In this document: one piece after another, positions 16,490-19,637 of the stretch
How positions within the stretch are numbered: the stretch's first letter is position 1
Layout of the letters: each line of letters opens with the position of its first letter
From: an archaeon
GTDB taxonomy: Archaea; Iainarchaeota; Iainarchaeia; Iainarchaeales; JAAZKV01
DNA: 19,637 bases
Direction of reading: 5' to 3'
Assembly: GCA_036170245.1 (NCBI GenBank)
Contig: JAVHOV010000013.1
Location: forward strand, 1-19,637
Translations under genes and position numbers: made by a program
The notes under the pieces: generated by a model
Told to the model about the DNA's origin: nothing
Databases searched by the model: none
The model's input: only the letters and a program-made list of their open reading frames with translations

Positions 16490-17611
16490 ATGGAAATAAT
16501 TATCCTAAACCAAATCTTTTACATAGCAATAATTGTTTCAGTACTTGGGCTAATTGCAGCAACATATACTGACTTGAAAGAAAGAATTGTACCAAACAAA
16601 CTAAATTATGGACTTGCAATAATAGGACTAATTTTATTTGGCATACAATCCATAATACAATCAACCCCTTTACCATTTATTTACTCTTTTTTAGGAATGG
16701 CGATAGGCTTCTTTTTTGGTTGGGTAATGTGGAAAATAGGAATATTTGCCGGAGGGGATGTAAAACTATTCATGGGACTTGGCGCACTAAACCCATTTAC
16801 TCCCGCCCTAATTAAAATCGGAATGCTGACAAACTCAAGCATACCCCTATTTCCCTTAACTTTATTCTTGTATTCTCTTTTTGCATTTTTGCCATACGGG
16901 ATATTTATAGTAATAATAAAATTAGCAAAAAATAAAAAAATGCAAAAAGAAATATTAAAGGAAATGAAACCAAAAATATTACTCTCAATACACGCATCTT
17001 TTTTTACTTCAGCGGCATACACTATTTTAGCGGTTTACTCAATTAATTTGCTACTAACAATACCAATACTAATACTTTGGGGATTATTTAAGTCAAATAA
17101 AAAATATTTAACTATAATTTCTTTAATCCTAGCTTTAATTTTAAATTATGTTTTGTTAACCCAAGCACTAGTTGCAACAATATTAATCAGTGTAATATTT
17201 TACTCATTACTAAAACTATTATTCCTAGTGAAAAGAGTTCTTGTTAGCGAAGTAGATGTAAATAAACTAACTGAGGGAATGATTCCTGCAAAAACATTAA
17301 TCTGGAAAGGAAAAGAAGTGGTGGCACAAGAAGGAATAAATCTTAAAACTATACTTAACTTAATAAAAGATAAAAATTCCAATGCCATTAAAGAAATGCT
17401 CGCACCAAAAAAAGAAATTATCTCAGCAATTAAGGCAAGAGGATTAAACGAAGACGAATTAAAACTTGTAAAACAATTAGCAAAAAAAGGATTAATCCTA
17501 AAAAAAATGCAAATAAAAGAAAGTATGCCTTTTGTGCCAACAATGCTACTTGGATACATATTGTGTTTAATACTTGGAGATATAATATTTATCATGCTTT
17601 GGGGAATCTAA
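16490..17611 (+). CDS. Prepilin peptidase, family A24, EppA-like
   Basis: Catalytic Asp motifs TYTDLKERIVPN and AGGDVKLF, C-terminal MPFVP. The 373-aa length and extra TM helices fit EppA-type rather than FlaK/PibD-type enzymes. Confidence 0.92.
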   Translation: MEIIILNQIFYIAIIVSVLGLIAATYTDLKERIVPNKLNYGLAIIGLILFGIQSIIQSTPLPFIYSFLGMAIGFFFGWVMWKIGIFAGGDVKLFMGLGALNPFTPALIKIGMLTNSSIPLFPLTLFLYSLFAFLPYGIFIVIIKLAKNKKMQKEILKEMKPKILLSIHASFFTSAAYTILAVYSINLLLTIPILILWGLFKSNKKYLTIISLILALILNYVLLTQALVATILISVIFYSLLKLLFLVKRVLVSEVDVNKLTEGMIPAKTLIWKGKEVVAQEGINLKTILNLIKDKNSNAIKEMLAPKKEIISAIKARGLNEDELKLVKQLAKKGLILKKMQIKESMPFVPTMLLGYILCLILGDIIFIMLWGI

Positions 17612-17613
17612 CT

Positions 17614-18057
17614 ATGCAAAAAGGACAAGCAATTCTTGAATTTATTTTTCTTATTTTAATAATTGTAGTATATTTAGTTTCAACAACCATCCCAATGGTG
17701 AAAGATACTCAAAATATTATACAAGATACCCAAAACATAACTCGCGCAAACAACGAATGCCAAAAAATAAGCAATTCAATAAAAGAAATAAATTTATTTG
17801 GAGAAGGATCAAGACAAACTTTAATGGTATTCATTCCAAATAATACTACTATAACTTGTATCAATAACCAAATATCTTTTGAAACACAACTTACTCAAAC
17901 TCCATTCCCCCAAGAATGCCCAAACGGATTATGTGATAAAAACTTTAATCCAAATGCAGCATTACAATGCACAGTGGGTACAATAAAAGGACCTCAAAAA
18001 GTAGGAATTACAATTCAAAAAACAAATGGACTAATTGAATTTACACGAAGTGAATAA
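17614..18057 (+). CDS. Minor type IV pilin (147 aa)
   Basis: Start reassigned from 17563 to ATG at 17614, giving MQKG|QAILEFIFLILIIVVYLV; the globular domain has Cys residues and N-x-T sequons. Confidence 0.85.
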   Translation: MQKGQAILEFIFLILIIVVYLVSTTIPMVKDTQNIIQDTQNITRANNECQKISNSIKEINLFGEGSRQTLMVFIPNNTTITCINNQISFETQLTQTPFPQECPNGLCDKNFNPNAALQCTVGTIKGPQKVGITIQKTNGLIEFTRSE

Positions 18058-18058
18058 A

Positions 18059-18391
18059 ATGAAAAATAAAGGGCAAATTGCTTTTGAAAGCCTGCTTGTT
18101 CTACTGCTAGTCATTACTTCAGCTACTCTAATAACTACCCTCTATTTACAATTTCATGACGAAACAATTGCTTTAGGATATGCGCGAATAGGAGCTCTTG
18201 AAGAATTATCAAAACAAAAAGAAACAATAATAATTGAAAAAATTTCTATTCAACGCATTGGACTTACCCCCACAATAACTATTAAATTAGATAGAGAAGT
18301 AACTTTAGATACTACAAAAATTGCAAATATAATCCAAGCAAACACTGCCCTAAAAAATGTCCAAGTCCAAGTAGAAACCATACGACAATAA
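18059..18391 (+). CDS. Minor type IV pilin (110 aa)
   Basis: Start reassigned from 18035 to ATG at 18059, giving MKNKG|QIAFESLLVLLLVITSATLI. Confidence 0.85.
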   Translation: MKNKGQIAFESLLVLLLVITSATLITTLYLQFHDETIALGYARIGALEELSKQKETIIIEKISIQRIGLTPTITIKLDREVTLDTTKIANIIQANTALKNVQVQVETIRQ

Positions 18392-18438
18392 GCGAAAAGA
18401 AAGTAAGTTCTTTTTAAACCCACAAACAACGTTTGTAA

Positions 18439-18762
18439 ATGAACGAGAAACAAATATCACAAATATGCATATTAATCACTCTAATCAGTCTAATTGCACT
18501 ATTTTTAAGTTACAAACCAGATTTTGAAGAAAAAACAATTCAAGAGATTTTAGACAACCAAAACTCTAAAGGAAAAGTTTTTGGCAGAGTAGAATATGTT
18601 GTAAAAAATTATCCAGTAACTATATTCACTTTAACAGATGGAAATTCAGCCACTATTTACTACCCAAAACCAACCACCTTAGAAGAAAATAATTTTGTAA
18701 CAGCCTACATAGAAAACCAAGGACAAAAAAACTTATTTGCCCAAAAAGTGGTGAAAGATTGA
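18439..18762 (+). CDS. Membrane-anchored OB-fold protein (putative nucleic-acid binding)
   Basis: One N-terminal TM helix, then an OB-like beta pattern TIQEI..GKVFGRVEYV...TIFTLTDGN..TIYYP..LEENNFVTAY...LFAQKV. TATA-like TTTTTAAA at 18411-18418. Confidence 0.7.
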   Translation: MNEKQISQICILITLISLIALFLSYKPDFEEKTIQEILDNQNSKGKVFGRVEYVVKNYPVTIFTLTDGNSATIYYPKPTTLEENNFVTAYIENQGQKNLFAQKVVKD

Positions 18763-19637
18763 TTCTTTGGTGCTTACTCGGAATATGCGCAGGAATAATT
18801 GCAGGACTAATTCCGGGGTTGCACTCAAATAATATTGCAATAATTTTGGCAGCAACCCCTTTTTTTGGAATAGAAATAACTGCATCTATGTTATCAATGT
18901 GCATAACGCAATCGTTTGTAGAATTTATTCCATCAACATTTCTACTTGCCCCAACTGAAAATACTTTTGAAAGCATACTTCCCGCACACAGACTGCTACT
19001 TGAAGGAAAAGCAATTGAAGCAATAACACATACAGTACTAGGAGGAATAATTGCAGTAATAATCGGTTCTATACTAACTATTCCTTTTTTTATTTTCTTA
19101 GAACAAAACTCAAACCAACTGATTCTTTTAACACCCCTAATCCTTATTCTAGCAGTAATTATTTTTGTAACTGAAGAAAAAAACCCAAACAAAAGAATAA
19201 TTATTTTATTTATAATCATTGCAGCAAGTGCACAAGGCTTTTTATTCAAAAACCAAATCTTTCCTTTGATTACAGGATATTTTGGGATACCTGCAATAAT
19301 TTACGCATTAAAAGAAAAAGAAAGTGTTTCAAAAATAAAACAAAGTGAAAATTGTGAAATAAAAAAAGAAAGTTTGAAAGATGCTTTAATAGGAATCATT
19401 GGAGGAGCAATAGTTTCAGTAATGCCAGGAATTGGGAGTAATACGGCAGGAGGAATTATTAACGTTTTACGAAAAACAACTAACCCCCAAAATTATCTCA
19501 CAATGCTTGGGGCAATAAATGCTTCCAACTTTTTTTTCTCATTTGCAACAATGTTTGCATTGTCAAAAGCCAGAAACGGGACAATGATTGCACTTCAAGA
19601 CAAAATATTTTATACTCCCGAAACACTCTTTATAGGA
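18759..19637 (+). CDS. DUF112 / TctA-family (tripartite tricarboxylate transporter permease-like) membrane protein; runs off the window end
   Basis: Not in the ORF track. TTG at 18759 overlaps the upstream TGA (GTGGTGA RBS) and the frame is open to the window end: MILWCLLGICAGIIAGLIPGLHSNNIA...FVEFIPSTFLLAP...ILPAHRLLLEGKA...GAIVSVMPGIGS...KARNG. The G.IPGLH.N, LP.HRLLLEG and second PG repeat motifs are typical of archaeal DUF112/TctA. Confidence 0.88.
   Translation, partial: MILWCLLGICAGIIAGLIPGLHSNNIAIILAATPFFGIEITASMLSMCITQSFVEFIPSTFLLAPTENTFESILPAHRLLLEGKAIEAITHTVLGGIIAVIIGSILTIPFFIFLEQNSNQLILLTPLILILAVIIFVTEEKNPNKRIIILFIIIAASAQGFLFKNQIFPLITGYFGIPAIIYALKEKESVSKIKQSENCEIKKESLKDALIGIIGGAIVSVMPGIGSNTAGGIINVLRKTTNPQNYLTMLGAINASNFFFSFATMFALSKARNGTMIALQDKIFYTPETLFIG

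Noticed and set aside
16681..19249. Minus-strand ORFs 16681, 17200, 18250 and the 198-aa ORF 18653-19249
   Set aside because: They are antisense to the peptidase, pilin, OB-fold and DUF112/TctA genes; the + strand frame from 18759 carries the family motifs.
1..19637. CRISPR array, tRNA/rRNA, transposase or integrase
   Set aside because: By eye I found no regularly spaced repeats, no tRNA cloverleaf with a T-loop consensus and no recombinase motifs; the window is almost entirely coding.

Overview
AT-rich archaeal chromosomal segment. It has TATA/BRE promoters, GGTG(A)-type ribosome-binding sites, RFC-S and NreA; the gene content suggests a DPANN-type archaeon, but that assignment is inference. 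The left half (1-10403) is mostly housekeeping and DNA metabolism: an N-terminally short NFACT/Rqc2-like gene (partial), two Lrp/AsnC regulators, topoisomerase IA, RFC small subunit, NreA with a PIP box, three membrane proteins, and an ATP-cone protein that resembles a class III ribonucleotide reductase lacking its catalytic elements. The right half (10573-19637) is one co-oriented + strand cluster. It holds two tandem paralogues with a shared C-x11-C-x6-C-x4-C tail, a type IV pilus ATPase, two TadC/PilC platform proteins, six Gln(+1)/Glu(+5) pilins (two missing from the ORF track), an EppA-like prepilin peptidase, a membrane-anchored OB-fold protein and a DUF112/TctA-like membrane protein (also missing from the ORF track, partial). 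My best candidate for an undescribed system is a co-located archaeal DNA-uptake locus (pilus + surface OB-fold + TctA-like channel). I saw no rRNA, tRNA, CRISPR array or transposase.
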